In this document: positions 1-14,557 of the stretch, one piece after another
Numbering within the stretch: the stretch's first letter is position 1
How the letters are laid out: each line of letters opens with the position of its first letter
Assembly (NCBI RefSeq): GCF_013122565.1
Contig: NZ_CP053258.1
DNA from: Escherichia coli
GTDB taxonomy: Bacteria; Pseudomonadota; Gammaproteobacteria; Enterobacterales; Enterobacteriaceae
Strand: one strand, 5' to 3'
DNA: 64,000 bases
Program-made: the position numbers and the translations under genes
Notes under the pieces: generated by a model
Database searches by the model: none
What the model saw: the letters and a program-made list of their open reading frames with translations, nothing else
What the model was told of the DNA's origin: nothing

Positions 1-625
1 CGAATTCGGTCAGGATTTACAGGCTATTTCTGCGGGCGGTGGGCTTTCTATTCCTTATCAACAGGGTGAAGAGGCGGTTGATACCGAACATTATTATGGT
101 CTGTGGAATGCCGCGCGTGAGCAAATCGCTCGCCATTTGGGCCACCCTGTGAAACTGGAAATTGAACCGGGTCGCTTCCTGGTAGCGCAGTCTGGCGTAT
201 TAATTACTCAGGTGCGGAGCGTCAAACAAATGGGTAGCCGCCACTTTGTGCTGGTTGATGCCGGGTTCAACGATCTGATGCGCCCGGCAATGTACGGTAG
301 TTACCACCATATCAGTGCCCTGGCAGCTGATGGTCGTTCTCTGGAACACGCGCCAACGGTGGAAACCGTCGTCGCCGGGCCGTTATGTGAATCGGGCGAT
401 GTCTTTACCCAGCAGGAAGGGGGAAATGTCGAAACCCGCGCCTTGCCGGAAGTGAAGGCGGGTGATTATCTGGTACTGCATGATACAGGGGCATATGGCG
501 CATCAATGTCATCCAACTACAATAGCCGTCCGCTGTTACCAGAAGTTCTGTTTGATAATGGTCAGGCGCGGTTGATTCGCCGTCGCCAGACCATCGAAGA
601 ATTACTGGCGCTGGAATTGCTTTAA
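1..625 (+). CDS. lysA: Diaminopimelate decarboxylase, C-terminal part (5' end lies outside the window)
   Basis: Open frame runs from window edge to stop at 623-625; translated C-terminus matches my memory of LysA; position next to galR agrees with K-12 order. Confidence 0.85.
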   Translation, partial: EFGQDLQAISAGGGLSIPYQQGEEAVDTEHYYGLWNAAREQIARHLGHPVKLEIEPGRFLVAQSGVLITQVRSVKQMGSRHFVLVDAGFNDLMRPAMYGSYHHISALAADGRSLEHAPTVETVVAGPLCESGDVFTQQEGGNVETRALPEVKAGDYLVLHDTGAYGASMSSNYNSRPLLPEVLFDNGQARLIRRRQTIEELLALELL

Positions 626-631
626 CTGCGG

Positions 632-1663
632 TTAGTCGCTGGTTGCATGATGACTTGCCTCCAGCGACGGAGTTGACACTGAATGGCGACGTACCAGCGT
701 CGGACTAAAGACATTAGTGATTTCCGGGAGAGGGCGATTATCCGCCAGCGCCAAAGCCAGTTCGGCAGCCTGGGTCGCCATCGTCACGATTGGGTAACGC
801 ACGGTGGTCAGGCGCGGGCGCACATAGCGTGACACCAGCACATCATCAAAGCCAATTAACGAAATCTCACCCGGTACATCAATACCATTATCATTGAGAA
901 CGCCCATCGCACCCGCCGCCATTGAATCGTTATAACAGGCTACCGCAGTGAAATTTCTTCCTCGTCCCAAAAGCTCGGTCATTGCCTGTTCGCCGCCGCT
1001 TTCGTCTGGTTCGCCAAATGTCACCAGCCGGTCATTGGCCGCAATACCACTTTCAGCAAGAGCATCGTAATACCCTTGCAGACGATCTTCGGCGTCAGAA
1101 ATAGAGTGGTTAGAGCACAGATAACCAATGCGGGTATGACCTTGCTGAATTAAATGACGCGTAGCCAGCCAGGCACCGTAACGATCGTCCAGAGCAATAC
1201 AACGGTTTTCAAAGCCAGGCAGGATACGGTTGATCAGCACCATACCGGGCATTTGTTTCATTAATGAGGCTAAATCGGCATCTGGGATCATTTTGGCATG
1301 GACGACCAACGCAGCACAGCGATGGCGGATCAGTTGCTCAATAGCCTGACGCTCTTTTTGTTCGTTGTGGTAACCGTTGCCAATCAATAAGAAATTACCG
1401 GTGTGATAAGCCACCTGTTCGACCGCTTTCACCATTGCACCGAAAAACGGATCGGAAACATCACCAACAACCAGACCGACCGTTTCAGTGGTCTGCTGCG
1501 CCAGCGCACGGGCGTTGGCGTTCGGGTGATAGCTAAGAGACTCCATTGCACTATGCACAGCCAGCCGGGACGCTTCGCTGGCTTTGGGTGAATTATTAAT
1601 GACGCGGGAAACGGTGGCGACTGAAACGCCTGCCAGTCGGGCTACATCCTTTATGGTCGCCAT
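632..1663 (-). CDS. galR: Galactose operon repressor, LacI family
   Basis: 343 aa ORF; N-terminal HTH MATIKDVARLAGVSVATVSRVIN typical of LacI/GalR; synteny with aas and lysA. Confidence 0.92.
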   Translation of the reverse strand: MATIKDVARLAGVSVATVSRVINNSPKASEASRLAVHSAMESLSYHPNANARALAQQTTETVGLVVGDVSDPFFGAMVKAVEQVAYHTGNFLLIGNGYHNEQKERQAIEQLIRHRCAALVVHAKMIPDADLASLMKQMPGMVLINRILPGFENRCIALDDRYGAWLATRHLIQQGHTRIGYLCSNHSISDAEDRLQGYYDALAESGIAANDRLVTFGEPDESGGEQAMTELLGRGRNFTAVACYNDSMAAGAMGVLNDNGIDVPGEISLIGFDDVLVSRYVRPRLTTVRYPIVTMATQAAELALALADNRPLPEITNVFSPTLVRRHSVSTPSLEASHHATSD

Positions 1664-1876
1664 GAAAATACCTTAGTGGGTAAACGCTTACATTCTTTCA
1701 GTGTTACGGAAAACGCCCGTTGGTTCAAGGGGTGGCGTGTTTTCATCGTGGGAATGTGAGCCAAACGCAAATAAGTAAGACAAAAAAAGAGATTGCAAAC
1801 CTTTGGTTACACTTTGCGAAACGCTGTTGCGATTGACCGCTGGTGGCGTTTGGCTTCAGGTTGCTAAAGTGGTGAT

Positions 1877-1958
1877 CCCAGAGGTATTGATAGGTGAAGT
1901 CAACTTCGGGTTGAGCACATGAATTACACCAGCCTGCGCAGATGCGCAGGTTTTTTTT
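1877..1958 (+). ncRNA. omrB: OmrB small RNA (RygB), 82 nt
   Basis: Starts CCCAGAGGTATTGATAGGTGA and ends in a GC hairpin plus T-run; shares 5' and 3' ends with the copy at 2074; length and 116-nt spacing match my recollection of the K-12 aas-galR intergenic sRNAs. Confidence 0.85.
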
Positions 1959-2073
1959 TGCCGGTCATCAATCTGTAACAGTAACCGACAATTTACACAC
2001 CTCGTTGCATTTCCCTTCATTCCTTTGCGTTTTCTCGCTGGCGAAGAGTCGTCGTGCAGACCACAATCAAGAT

Positions 2074-2161
2074 CCCAGAGGTATTGATTGGTGAGATTAT
2101 TCGGTACGCTCTTCGTACCCTGTCTCTTGCACCAACCTGCGCGGATGCGCAGGTTTTTTTT
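2074..2161 (+). ncRNA. omrA: OmrA small RNA (RygA), 88 nt
   Basis: Starts CCCAGAGGTATTGATTGGTGAG and ends CTGCGCGGATGCGCAGG plus T-run; 88 nt and 88 nt upstream of the aas start, as I recall for K-12. Confidence 0.85.
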
Positions 2162-2227
2162 CGCACCTAATTTACTGTCGCTCGCGTTCTTTATCTCGTG
2201 TAATCTCCCTCCATTCGCTTTTACTGA

Positions 2228-5594
<3,367 letters not shown>

Positions 5595-5625
5595 TATTTA
5601 ACGCCGGTTTTAACCGGCGTTAATC

Positions 5626-6666
5626 TTATGGTGCAGGATAAGTATAAACCTGATGTACCGCTTCAATTTCAGCTAATACGTCTTCGCTTAACTCCAGATG
5701 CAAACTTTCGACGTTAGTTTTCAGCTGCTCCATCGTGGTTGCGCCCAGCAGAGTGCTGGCAACAAACGGTTGACGGCGTACAAAAGCGAGCGCCATCTGA
5801 GCAGGATCCAGCCCATGACGTCTGGCAATATCAACATACGCCGCGACGGCTTTTTGCGTTTGCTCACCGCTATAGCGGGTGAACCGACTAAAGAGCGTAT
5901 TACGTGCGCCAGCGGGTTTTGCACCATTGAGATATTTCCCGGTCAGCGTACCGAAACCCAGGCACGAATAGGCCAGCAGTTCGACCCCTTCATACTGGCT
6001 GACTTCTGCCAGACCTACTTCAAAACTGCGGTTTAATAGACTGTAGGGGTTCTGAATGGTGACAATACGCGGCAGATCGTGTTTGTCCGCCAGATGCAGG
6101 TAGCGCATTACGCCAAATGCAGTTTCGTTCGACACGCCGATATAACGAATTTTTCCCGCGCGTTGGTACTCTGCCAGTGCGTCCAGCGTATCCAGCAGCG
6201 AAACCGCAGGCGCAGAATCCGTCCAGCTATAACCGAGTTTGCCGAAGCAGTTGGTTGGGCGCTGCGGCCAGTGCACCTGATAAAGATCGAGGTAATCAGT
6301 CTGCAGACGCTTGAGGCTGTCATGCAGCGCTTCGCGGATATTCTTCCGATCCAGCGCCTGATCCGGGCGGATGCCTTTGTCATTATTGCGCGACGGTCCG
6401 CTCACTTTGGAGGCGATAATTAACTTTTCGCGGCTGCCATGTTTCGCCAGCCAGTTGCCGACGTAGGTTTCGGTTAACCCTTGCGTTTCGGGGCGCGGAG
6501 GTACTGGGTACATTTCGGCAACGTCGATAAGGTTAATGCCCTGAGCGACGGCATAGTCGAGTTGTGCGTGGGCGTCGGCTTCGCTGTTCTGTTCACCAAA
6601 CGTCATCGTGCCAAGCCCCAGCGTGCTGACTTCCAGCGAACTGTGGGGTATACGGTGATATTGCAT
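5626..6666 (-). CDS. tas: Aldo-keto reductase Tas
   Basis: Start set at MQYHRIPHSS (ATG 6664-6666), giving 346 aa; the track ORF is extended 18 codons upstream; aldo-keto reductase-like sequence. Confidence 0.88.
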   Translation of the reverse strand: MQYHRIPHSSLEVSTLGLGTMTFGEQNSEADAHAQLDYAVAQGINLIDVAEMYPVPPRPETQGLTETYVGNWLAKHGSREKLIIASKVSGPSRNNDKGIRPDQALDRKNIREALHDSLKRLQTDYLDLYQVHWPQRPTNCFGKLGYSWTDSAPAVSLLDTLDALAEYQRAGKIRYIGVSNETAFGVMRYLHLADKHDLPRIVTIQNPYSLLNRSFEVGLAEVSQYEGVELLAYSCLGFGTLTGKYLNGAKPAGARNTLFSRFTRYSGEQTQKAVAAYVDIARRHGLDPAQMALAFVRRQPFVASTLLGATTMEQLKTNVESLHLELSEDVLAEIEAVHQVYTYPAP

Positions 6667-6773
6667 AGCCGTTTCCTTTTTATAATCACGACATAAGGAA
6701 TATAAAAATGGCAGAGGCAAGGGAAAAGGGAAAGAGAAAAATCTTAAGGCCAGCCGGATGCTGACCTTATTTG

Positions 6774-6992
6774 TTAACGTTCAATAATTTGCGAAACATC
6801 ATCACGGTTAATTTGCATCGCGTTACCTTGCTGATCGTGATAACTCACCAGCCCGGTATCATCATCAATTTCAGGTTTTCCATCGGTCAAAATCATACGG
6901 CCATCTTTGGTCGCCATGACGTAATCACTGGAACACCCGGAAACAGCAAACGCCAGTCCGACTGCAGAAATTATTACTGCCCATTTTTTCAT
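6774..6992 (-). CDS. ygdR: Small lipoprotein, DUF903 family
   Basis: 72 aa; signal peptide with lipobox (AVSGC); paralog of the ORF at 40388; synteny. Confidence 0.85.
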
Positions 6993-7129
6993 CCGGTTAT
7001 CCTCATTTGGCCCACCTATGATAATAGTCTGTTTATAAACTGACGTTATATATCTTGAAAGCAGGAAAATCTTAAACTGTGAGGGTAACAGGAGTGAGTA
7101 CGCCCTCCCGCAGGAGAGCGTACGGAGTA

Positions 7130-7843
7130 TCAGAGCGGATTCTTTTTGTTGCGAATCAGGTTGAGGCTTTCAACCGCAATAGAGAAGAACATCGCGAAGT
7201 AGATGTAACCTTTCGGTACGTGGATGTCGAAACTTTCCAGAATCAGGGTAAAGCCCACCAGAATCAGGAAAGAGAGCGCCAGCATTTTTACCGAAGGATG
7301 GCGTTCGACAAAATCACCAATCGAGCGCGCGGCGAACATCATCACGCCTACGGCAATCACCACGGCGGCCATCATAATAAACAGGTGATCTGACAGACCC
7401 ACAGCGGTAATCACCGAGTCGAGGCTGAAGATAATATCCAGCAGCATAATCTGCACGATAGCGCCGAGGAATGATGAAACGCGTGTTTTCAGCCCTTCTT
7501 CTTCACCTTCAATGGATTCGTGGATTTCCTTGCTGGCTTTCCAGATAAGGAACAAGCCACCCAGAAGCAGAATCAAATCACGGGCAGAAATTTCCTGACT
7601 GAATATTGTAAAAAGCGGATTTGTCAGGCGCGTAACCCAGGCGATTGATGCCAGCAGCGCCAGACGCATAACCATGGCTCCCGCCAACCCCAGACGGCGC
7701 GCATGAGCACGTTGTGCTGTGGGAAGCTTTGCCACCACCAGAGAAAGGAAAATAATATTGTCGATCCCAAGAACGATCTCTAGCAGCGTCAGCGTACCGA
7801 GCGCAAGCCAGGCGTTAGGATCGGTTATCCATGCAAATAACAT
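7130..7843 (-). CDS. ygdQ: Inner membrane protein, UPF0053/TerC family
   Basis: 237 aa polytopic membrane protein; synteny between ygdR and mutH. Confidence 0.85.
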
Positions 7844-7911
7844 CTAAAAAGCCCTGCCAAAAAAATGAAGCGGTAATTATATGCCCGGAAAGCGGCAGGT
7901 CAAAGCGATGG

Positions 7912-8601
7912 CTACTGGATCAGAAAATGACGGGCCAGTAGCGCACTGGTGAAATTCTTCTTCAAATAAAAGCCGCGCGGCAGCGTCAGAATCCGTTCGC
8001 CCCGGGCACCAATGGCTTCGGTAAGCGCTTTCGCATTCGCTGCTTTCGGTCGTATCTGTAAATATTCCCCGTGACGAGCGGTAATCCGCTCAACCTGACC
8101 GAGTACAATCATATCCATTAATTCCTCCCAGTCTTCGCGTAGCTGCCGGTCTTCCTCTTCATTCGGGCTCCACAGCAACGGTGATCCTACGCGACGCTGC
8201 GCCAGCGGGATGCTGCGCTCGCCTTCAACCGGTATCCACAGCACGCGTTTGAGCTTGTGGCGCACGTGGCTGGTTTCCCAGGTTACTCCGCTATTGCCCG
8301 TTAACGGGGCAACACAAACGAATGTTGTTTCCAGCGGACGACCAAGACTATCCACAGGGATAGTTTTAAGTTCCACGCCCAGAGCAGCAAAATCTTGCTC
8401 AGGTTTACTCCCTGCGCTGGCACCTAGCCAGATCTCCAGTAACACGCCAATCCAGCCCTTATCGCGTTTTAAATTCTCTGGCGTAACGAGCCCGGCAAGT
8501 GCCGCCAGTTCTCCCAATGTATAACCAGAAAGTTGCTGTGCTTGCGCTAACAACTGTTCTTCAGTTTCGGGAGGAGAGAGCAGTGGGCGAGGTTGGGACA
8601 T
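7912..8601 (-). CDS. mutH: Methyl-directed mismatch repair endonuclease MutH
   Basis: 229 aa; N-terminus [33 protein letters not shown] recognised as MutH. Confidence 0.93.
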
Positions 8602-8779
8602 GTCACAATACCTTGGTTAAAAAACAAACAGCAATTATGTGCCGAATATTCGCAGTGTAACTTTTTCCACATGCGTTGTTCAATTCTCTGATTTATATTG
8701 CTTTTTAGGTTGCCGGTAATCGAGTTGCGCAACACTGCAACGGGTTTTCCAAATCTGGTCACTGAAAATAAACAGGATC

Positions 8780-9145
8780 TTACACCATGTTATCCACAGA
8801 AAGCTGGGATAACTGTGAAAAACTTCCACTACTGTTTCCATTTACAGCCTTGACGTGCGACGAAACTCCAGTTTTTAGTGGTTCAGTGCTTAACTTAGTG
8901 GCACATTCTGTGGATAAATACGGCATTGGTTGATCTTTCGCCAACCCGTAAATGAGAGGTGTGACCTGGGTCACGAATTACTCTTTTTCATTACTAAAAT
9001 TACATGTAATGCATTGACTTATAATGAATATTTTAAAATGTCTATATCGGGCTTATTCAGAATGCTCCGGGTTTTCCCGTAGTAATTCCGTAGTTCTTCA
9101 CAACTCTATCCACAGAAAAGGTGAATAAAAACGGCTATCCACCCC
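8780..9145. promoter_or_regulatory. DARS2-like DnaA-reactivating sequence (DnaA-box cluster in the mutH-rppH intergenic region)
   Basis: Perfect DnaA boxes TTATCCACA at 8790-8798 (+) and TGTGGATAA at 8909-8917 (-), plus degenerate boxes CTATCCACA 9106-9114 and CTATCCACC 9135-9143, in an AT-rich 680-bp non-coding gap; DARS2 is reported at the mutH-proximal intergenic region in K-12. Confidence 0.55.
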
Positions 9146-9285
9146 TTCCTCTGTTTATAACTCTGCACATAACTGTGAGTTATTCAATTGTTATTAGTGT
9201 GTAATGCCCTGCAGAGAGTGGTTTACCGTCTTCCTGGAGTATGAAACAATCATTCGTATATAAAGCTTTATTTTGAGGTAGTCCG

Positions 9286-9816
9286 GTGATTGATGACGAT
9301 GGCTACCGCCCAAACGTAGGTATCGTGATTTGTAATCGCCAGGGGCAGGTAATGTGGGCCCGGCGATTTGGTCAGCACTCCTGGCAATTTCCGCAAGGCG
9401 GAATCAACCCCGGAGAATCCGCAGAGCAGGCGATGTACCGTGAATTGTTTGAAGAAGTAGGATTAAGCCGTAAAGACGTTCGAATCCTTGCTTCAACGCG
9501 TAACTGGTTGCGCTACAAATTACCGAAACGTTTGGTGCGTTGGGACACGAAGCCGGTTTGTATCGGCCAAAAACAAAAATGGTTTCTCTTGCAGCTGGTG
9601 AGCGGCGATGCAGAAATCAATATGCAAACCAGCAGTACACCAGAGTTTGACGGCTGGCGATGGGTAAGTTACTGGTATCCGGTCAGACAGGTGGTGTCAT
9701 TTAAACGTGATGTCTACCGTAGGGTAATGAAAGAGTTCGCGAGTGTGGTGATGTCATTGCAGGAAAATACGCCAAAACCACAAAACGCATCTGCTTATCG
9801 ACGTAAAAGAGGTTAA
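9286..9816 (+). CDS. rppH: RNA pyrophosphohydrolase (Nudix)
   Basis: 176 aa; Nudix box [23 protein letters not shown] visible. Confidence 0.93.
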
Positions 9817-9828
9817 GTCACGCCAATT

Positions 9829-12075
9829 ATGCTCACTCGCCTGCGCGAAATAGTCGAAAAGGTAGCCAGCGCACCACGCCTGAATGAGGCGTTAAATATT
9901 CTGGTTACCGACATCTGTCTTGCGATGGATACCGAGGTCTGTTCGGTCTACCTGGCCGATCATGATCGACGTTGTTACTACCTGATGGCGACCCGGGGGC
10001 TGAAAAAACCACGCGGTCGCACTGTAACGCTCGCGTTTGATGAAGGGATCGTCGGCCTGGTTGGCAGGCTGGCGGAACCGATAAACCTTGCAGATGCGCA
10101 AAAGCACCCCAGCTTCAAATACATCCCCTCCGTAAAAGAAGAACGTTTCCGCGCATTTTTAGGCGTACCAATTATTCAACGTCGCCAGTTGCTTGGTGTA
10201 CTGGTGGTACAGCAACGAGAGTTGCGCCAGTATGACGAAAGTGAAGAATCCTTCCTGGTGACGCTTGCCACCCAGATGGCAGCTATTCTTTCTCAGTCGC
10301 AGTTGACTGCCTTGTTTGGGCAATATCGCCAGACGCGAATCCGCGCATTACCGGCAGCACCTGGTGTGGCGATTGCCGAAGGCTGGCAGGATGCCACGTT
10401 ACCTTTAATGGAACAGGTGTATCAGGCATCAACGCTGGATCCGGCTCTGGAACGCGAACGACTGACCGGGGCGCTGGAAGAAGCGGCAAACGAGTTTCGC
10501 CGCTACAGCAAACGCTTTGCCGCCGGTGCACAAAAAGAAACGGCGGCTATTTTCGATCTTTACTCGCACCTGCTTTCGGACACCCGGCTGCGTCGCGAAT
10601 TGTTTGCCGAGGTTGATAAAGGCTCGGTGGCAGAGTGGGCGGTAAAAACGGTCATTGAAAAATTTGCCGAACAGTTTGCCGCGCTAAGCGATAACTATCT
10701 CAAAGAGCGGGCTGGCGATTTACGTGCGCTGGGTCAGCGATTGCTGTTTCATCTTGATGACGCTAATCAAGGGCCGAACGCCTGGCCGGAACGTTTCATT
10801 CTGGTGGCAGATGAACTGTCAGCGACAACTCTTGCTGAGCTGCCCCAGGATCGCTTAGTGGGTGTTGTCGTGCGCGATGGCGCAGCCAACTCCCATGCTG
10901 CAATCATGGTACGTGCGCTGGGGATCCCTACCGTGATGGGCGCGGATATTCAGCCTTCGGTGCTGCATCGTCGGACGCTGATCGTCGATGGTTATCGCGG
11001 TGAATTGCTGGTCGATCCGGAGCCGGTACTGCTGCAAGAATATCAGCGGCTAATTAGTGAAGAGATTGAGCTTAGCCGTCTGGCGGAAGATGACGTCAAT
11101 TTACCCGCGCAGTTAAAAAGTGGCGAGCGTATAAAAGTCATGCTCAATGCCGGTTTAAGCCCGGAACATGAAGAAAAACTGGGCAGCCGTATTGATGGCA
11201 TCGGTCTTTATCGCACTGAAATCCCATTCATGCTGCAAAGTGGTTTTCCGTCGGAAGAAGAACAGGTGGCGCAGTATCAGGGGATGCTGCAAATGTTCAA
11301 TGATAAACCCGTCACCTTGCGTACACTGGATGTCGGAGCAGATAAGCAGCTGCCTTACATGCCGATCAGCGAAGAGAATCCATGCCTGGGTTGGCGTGGG
11401 ATTCGCATTACGCTCGATCAGCCGGAGATCTTCTTGATCCAGGTGCGGGCGATGCTGCGTGCTAATGCCGCTACGGGCAACCTGAATATTCTGTTGCCGA
11501 TGGTCACCAGCCTCGATGAAGTTGACGAAGCACGCCGCCTGATTGAACGTGCCGGACGTGAAGTCGAGGAGATGATCGGTTACGAAATTCCCAAACCACG
11601 TATCGGCATCATGCTGGAAGTGCCGTCAATGGTATTTATGCTGCCGCATCTGGCAAAGCGGGTCGATTTCATCTCTGTTGGCACCAACGATCTGACTCAA
11701 TACATTCTGGCCGTTGATCGCAACAATACCCGGGTGGCGAACATTTATGACAGTCTTCATCCTGCAATGTTACGAGCTCTGGCAATGATCGCCCGGGAAG
11801 CGGAAATACATGGAATCGATCTCCGTTTGTGCGGTGAAATGGCGGGCGATCCCATGTGCGTGGCAATCCTCATTGGGCTTGGGTATCGCCATCTGTCTAT
11901 GAACGGACGTTCTGTAGCGCGGGTAAAATACCTGCTGCGGCGCATTGATTATGCCGAAGCAGAAAATCTTGCGCAGCGTAGTCTGGAAGCGCAACTGGCG
12001 ACCGAAGTTCGCCATCAGGTTGCAGCCTTTATGGAGCGTCGCGGCATGGGCGGGCTGATTCGCGGAGGGTTATAG
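9829..12075 (+). CDS. ptsP: Phosphoenolpyruvate-protein phosphotransferase EI-Ntr (GAF domain plus Enzyme I)
   Basis: 748 aa; 13 nt after rppH (operon); Enzyme I-like C-terminal region. Confidence 0.92.
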   Translation: MLTRLREIVEKVASAPRLNEALNILVTDICLAMDTEVCSVYLADHDRRCYYLMATRGLKKPRGRTVTLAFDEGIVGLVGRLAEPINLADAQKHPSFKYIPSVKEERFRAFLGVPIIQRRQLLGVLVVQQRELRQYDESEESFLVTLATQMAAILSQSQLTALFGQYRQTRIRALPAAPGVAIAEGWQDATLPLMEQVYQASTLDPALERERLTGALEEAANEFRRYSKRFAAGAQKETAAIFDLYSHLLSDTRLRRELFAEVDKGSVAEWAVKTVIEKFAEQFAALSDNYLKERAGDLRALGQRLLFHLDDANQGPNAWPERFILVADELSATTLAELPQDRLVGVVVRDGAANSHAAIMVRALGIPTVMGADIQPSVLHRRTLIVDGYRGELLVDPEPVLLQEYQRLISEEIELSRLAEDDVNLPAQLKSGERIKVMLNAGLSPEHEEKLGSRIDGIGLYRTEIPFMLQSGFPSEEEQVAQYQGMLQMFNDKPVTLRTLDVGADKQLPYMPISEENPCLGWRGIRITLDQPEIFLIQVRAMLRANAATGNLNILLPMVTSLDEVDEARRLIERAGREVEEMIGYEIPKPRIGIMLEVPSMVFMLPHLAKRVDFISVGTNDLTQYILAVDRNNTRVANIYDSLHPAMLRALAMIAREAEIHGIDLRLCGEMAGDPMCVAILIGLGYRHLSMNGRSVARVKYLLRRIDYAEAENLAQRSLEAQLATEVRHQVAAFMERRGMGGLIRGGL

Positions 12076-12225
12076 CGCGGATCATATACATATCTTTTAA
12101 CGGTATCCGGCAACCAGCCAGGTCCCCTTGTGCTATTATTCGCACCTTTGGAGCGCCTGAAACCTGCGGCGCGCATTTCAATCGCTGTTCTCTTTCAGCG
12201 AAATAACAAGAACTTGTGGTGACAG

Positions 12226-13101
12226 ATGACCAGTAGCTATCTGCATTTTCCGGAGTTTGATCCGGTCATTTTCTCAATAGGACCCGTGGCGCTTCACTGG
12301 TACGGCCTGATGTATCTGGTGGGTTTCATTTTTGCAATGTGGCTGGCAACACGTCGGGCGAATCGTCCGGGCAGCGGCTGGACCAAAAATGAAGTTGAAA
12401 ACTTACTCTATGCGGGCTTCCTCGGCGTCTTCCTCGGGGGACGTATTGGTTATGTTCTGTTCTACAATTTCCCGCAGTTTATGGCCGATCCGCTGTATCT
12501 GTTCCGTGTCTGGGACGGCGGCATGTCCTTCCACGGCGGCCTGATTGGCGTTATCGTGGTGATGATTATCTTCGCCCGCCGTACTAAACGTTCCTTCTTC
12601 CAGGTTTCTGATTTTATCGCACCACTCATTCCGTTTGGTCTTGGTGCCGGGCGTCTGGGCAACTTTATTAACGGTGAATTGTGGGGCCGCGTTGACCCGA
12701 ACTTCCCGTTTGCCATGCTGTTCCCAGGCTCCCGTACAGAAGATATTTTGCTGCTGCAAACCAACCCGCAGTGGCAATCCATTTTCGACACTTACGGTGT
12801 GCTGCCGCGCCACCCATCACAGCTTTACGAACTGCTGCTGGAAGGTGTGGTGCTGTTTATTATCCTCAACCTGTATATTCGTAAACCGCGCCCAATGGGA
12901 GCTGTCTCAGGCTTGTTCCTGATTGGCTACGGCGCGTTTCGCATCATTGTTGAGTTTTTCCGCCAGCCCGACGCGCAGTTTACCGGTGCCTGGGTGCAGT
13001 ACATCAGCATGGGGCAAATTCTTTCCATCCCGATGATTGTCGCGGGTGTGATCATGATGGTCTGGGCATATCGTCGCAGCCCACAGCAACACGTTTCCTG
13101 A
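12226..13101 (+). CDS. lgt: Prolipoprotein diacylglyceryl transferase
   Basis: 291 aa membrane protein; followed 6 nt later by thyA. Confidence 0.92.
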
Positions 13102-13107
13102 GGAACC

Positions 13108-13902
13108 ATGAAACAGTATTTAGAACTGATGCAAAAAGTGCTCGACGAAGGCACACAGAAAAACGACCGTACCGGAACCGGAACGCTTTCCATTTTTGGT
13201 CATCAGATGCGTTTTAACCTGCAGGATGGATTCCCGCTGGTGACAACTAAACGTTGCCACCTGCGTTCCATCATCCATGAACTGCTGTGGTTTCTGCAGG
13301 GCGACACTAACATTGCTTATCTACACGAAAACAATGTCACCATCTGGGACGAATGGGCCGATGAAAACGGCGACCTCGGGCCAGTGTATGGTAAACAGTG
13401 GCGCGCCTGGCCAACGCCAGATGGTCGTCATATTGACCAGATCACTACGGTACTGAACCAGCTGAAGAACGACCCGGATTCCCGCCGCATTATTGTTTCA
13501 GCGTGGAACGTAGGCGAACTGGATAAAATGGCGCTGGCACCGTGCCATGCATTCTTCCAGTTCTATGTGGCAGACGGCAAACTCTCTTGCCAGCTTTATC
13601 AGCGCTCCTGTGACGTCTTCCTCGGCCTGCCGTTCAACATTGCCAGCTACGCGTTACTGGTGCATATGATGGCGCAGCAGTGCGATCTGGAAGTGGGTGA
13701 TTTTGTCTGGACCGGTGGCGACACGCATCTGTACAGCAACCATATGGATCAAACTCATCTGCAATTAAGCCGCGAACCGCGTCCGCTGCCGAAGTTGATT
13801 ATCAAACGTAAACCCGAATCCATCTTCGACTACCGTTTCGAAGACTTTGAGATTGAAGGCTACGATCCACATCCGGGCATTAAAGCGCCGGTGGCTATCT
13901 AA
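13108..13902 (+). CDS. thyA: Thymidylate synthase
   Basis: 264 aa; classic ThyA sequence including the active-site region [13 protein letters not shown]. Confidence 0.95.
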
Positions 13903-13923
13903 TTACGAAACATCCTGCCAGAG

Positions 13924-13951
13924 CCGACGCCAGTGTGCGTCGGTTTTTTTT
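13924..13951 (+). terminator. Intrinsic terminator after thyA
   Basis: Stem CCGACGC / GCGTCGG with loop CAGTGT, followed by an 8-T run, 22 nt after the thyA stop. Confidence 0.65.
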
Positions 13952-14086
13952 ACCCTCCGTTAAATTCTTCGAGACGCCTTCCCGAAATTTTGCAACGTCC
14001 TGCAACGGCGTAAATAGTCCGGAAGATGCGCCGAAGAAATAGAAACTGGCCCTCGTCTTTTTTTCTCCTCGCTCCATACTGCCGGC

Positions 14087-14557
14087 ATGAAAACACAACG
14101 TGGTTATACGCTGATTGAAACGCTGGTCGCGATGCTGATTTTGGTCATGCTAAGTGCAAGTGGACTCTATGGCTGGCAATACTGGCAGCAGTCGCAACGG
14201 CTATGGCAAACCGCCAGCCAGGCGCGAGACTATTTGCTCTATTTACGTGAAGATGCCAACTGGCATAACCGCGACCACAGTATCAGCGTTATCAGGGAGG
14301 GGACGTTATGGTGCCTTGTGAGTTCCGCTGCTGGGGCGAATACTTGTCATGGCAGTTCACCATTGGTCTTTGTGCCACGCTGGCCCGAAGTCGAAATGAG
14401 CGACCTGACACCTTCGCTTGCTTTCTTTGGCCTGCGCAATACCGCATGGGCCGGGCATATTCGCTTCAAAAACTCAACGGGCGAGTGGTGGCTGGTGGTT
14501 TCGCCGTGGGGAAGACTCCGGCTTTGTCAGCAAGGAGAAACAGAAGGATGCCTGTAA
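14087..14557 (+). CDS. ppdA: Prepilin peptidase-dependent protein A (type IV pseudopilin-like)
   Basis: 156 aa; N-terminal prepilin motif [16 protein letters not shown]. Confidence 0.88.

Noticed and set aside
8547-8974. Two small minus-strand ORFs (71 and 64 aa) between mutH and rppH
   Set aside because: They overlap the DnaA-box cluster and have no RBS or motif support; a small annotated protein might exist here in K-12 but I cannot confirm it from sequence alone.
14308-14547. Upstream in-frame extension of ppdB (267-aa track ORF)
   Set aside because: Overlaps most of the ppdA 3' half; the prepilin leader motif starts at ATG 14548.
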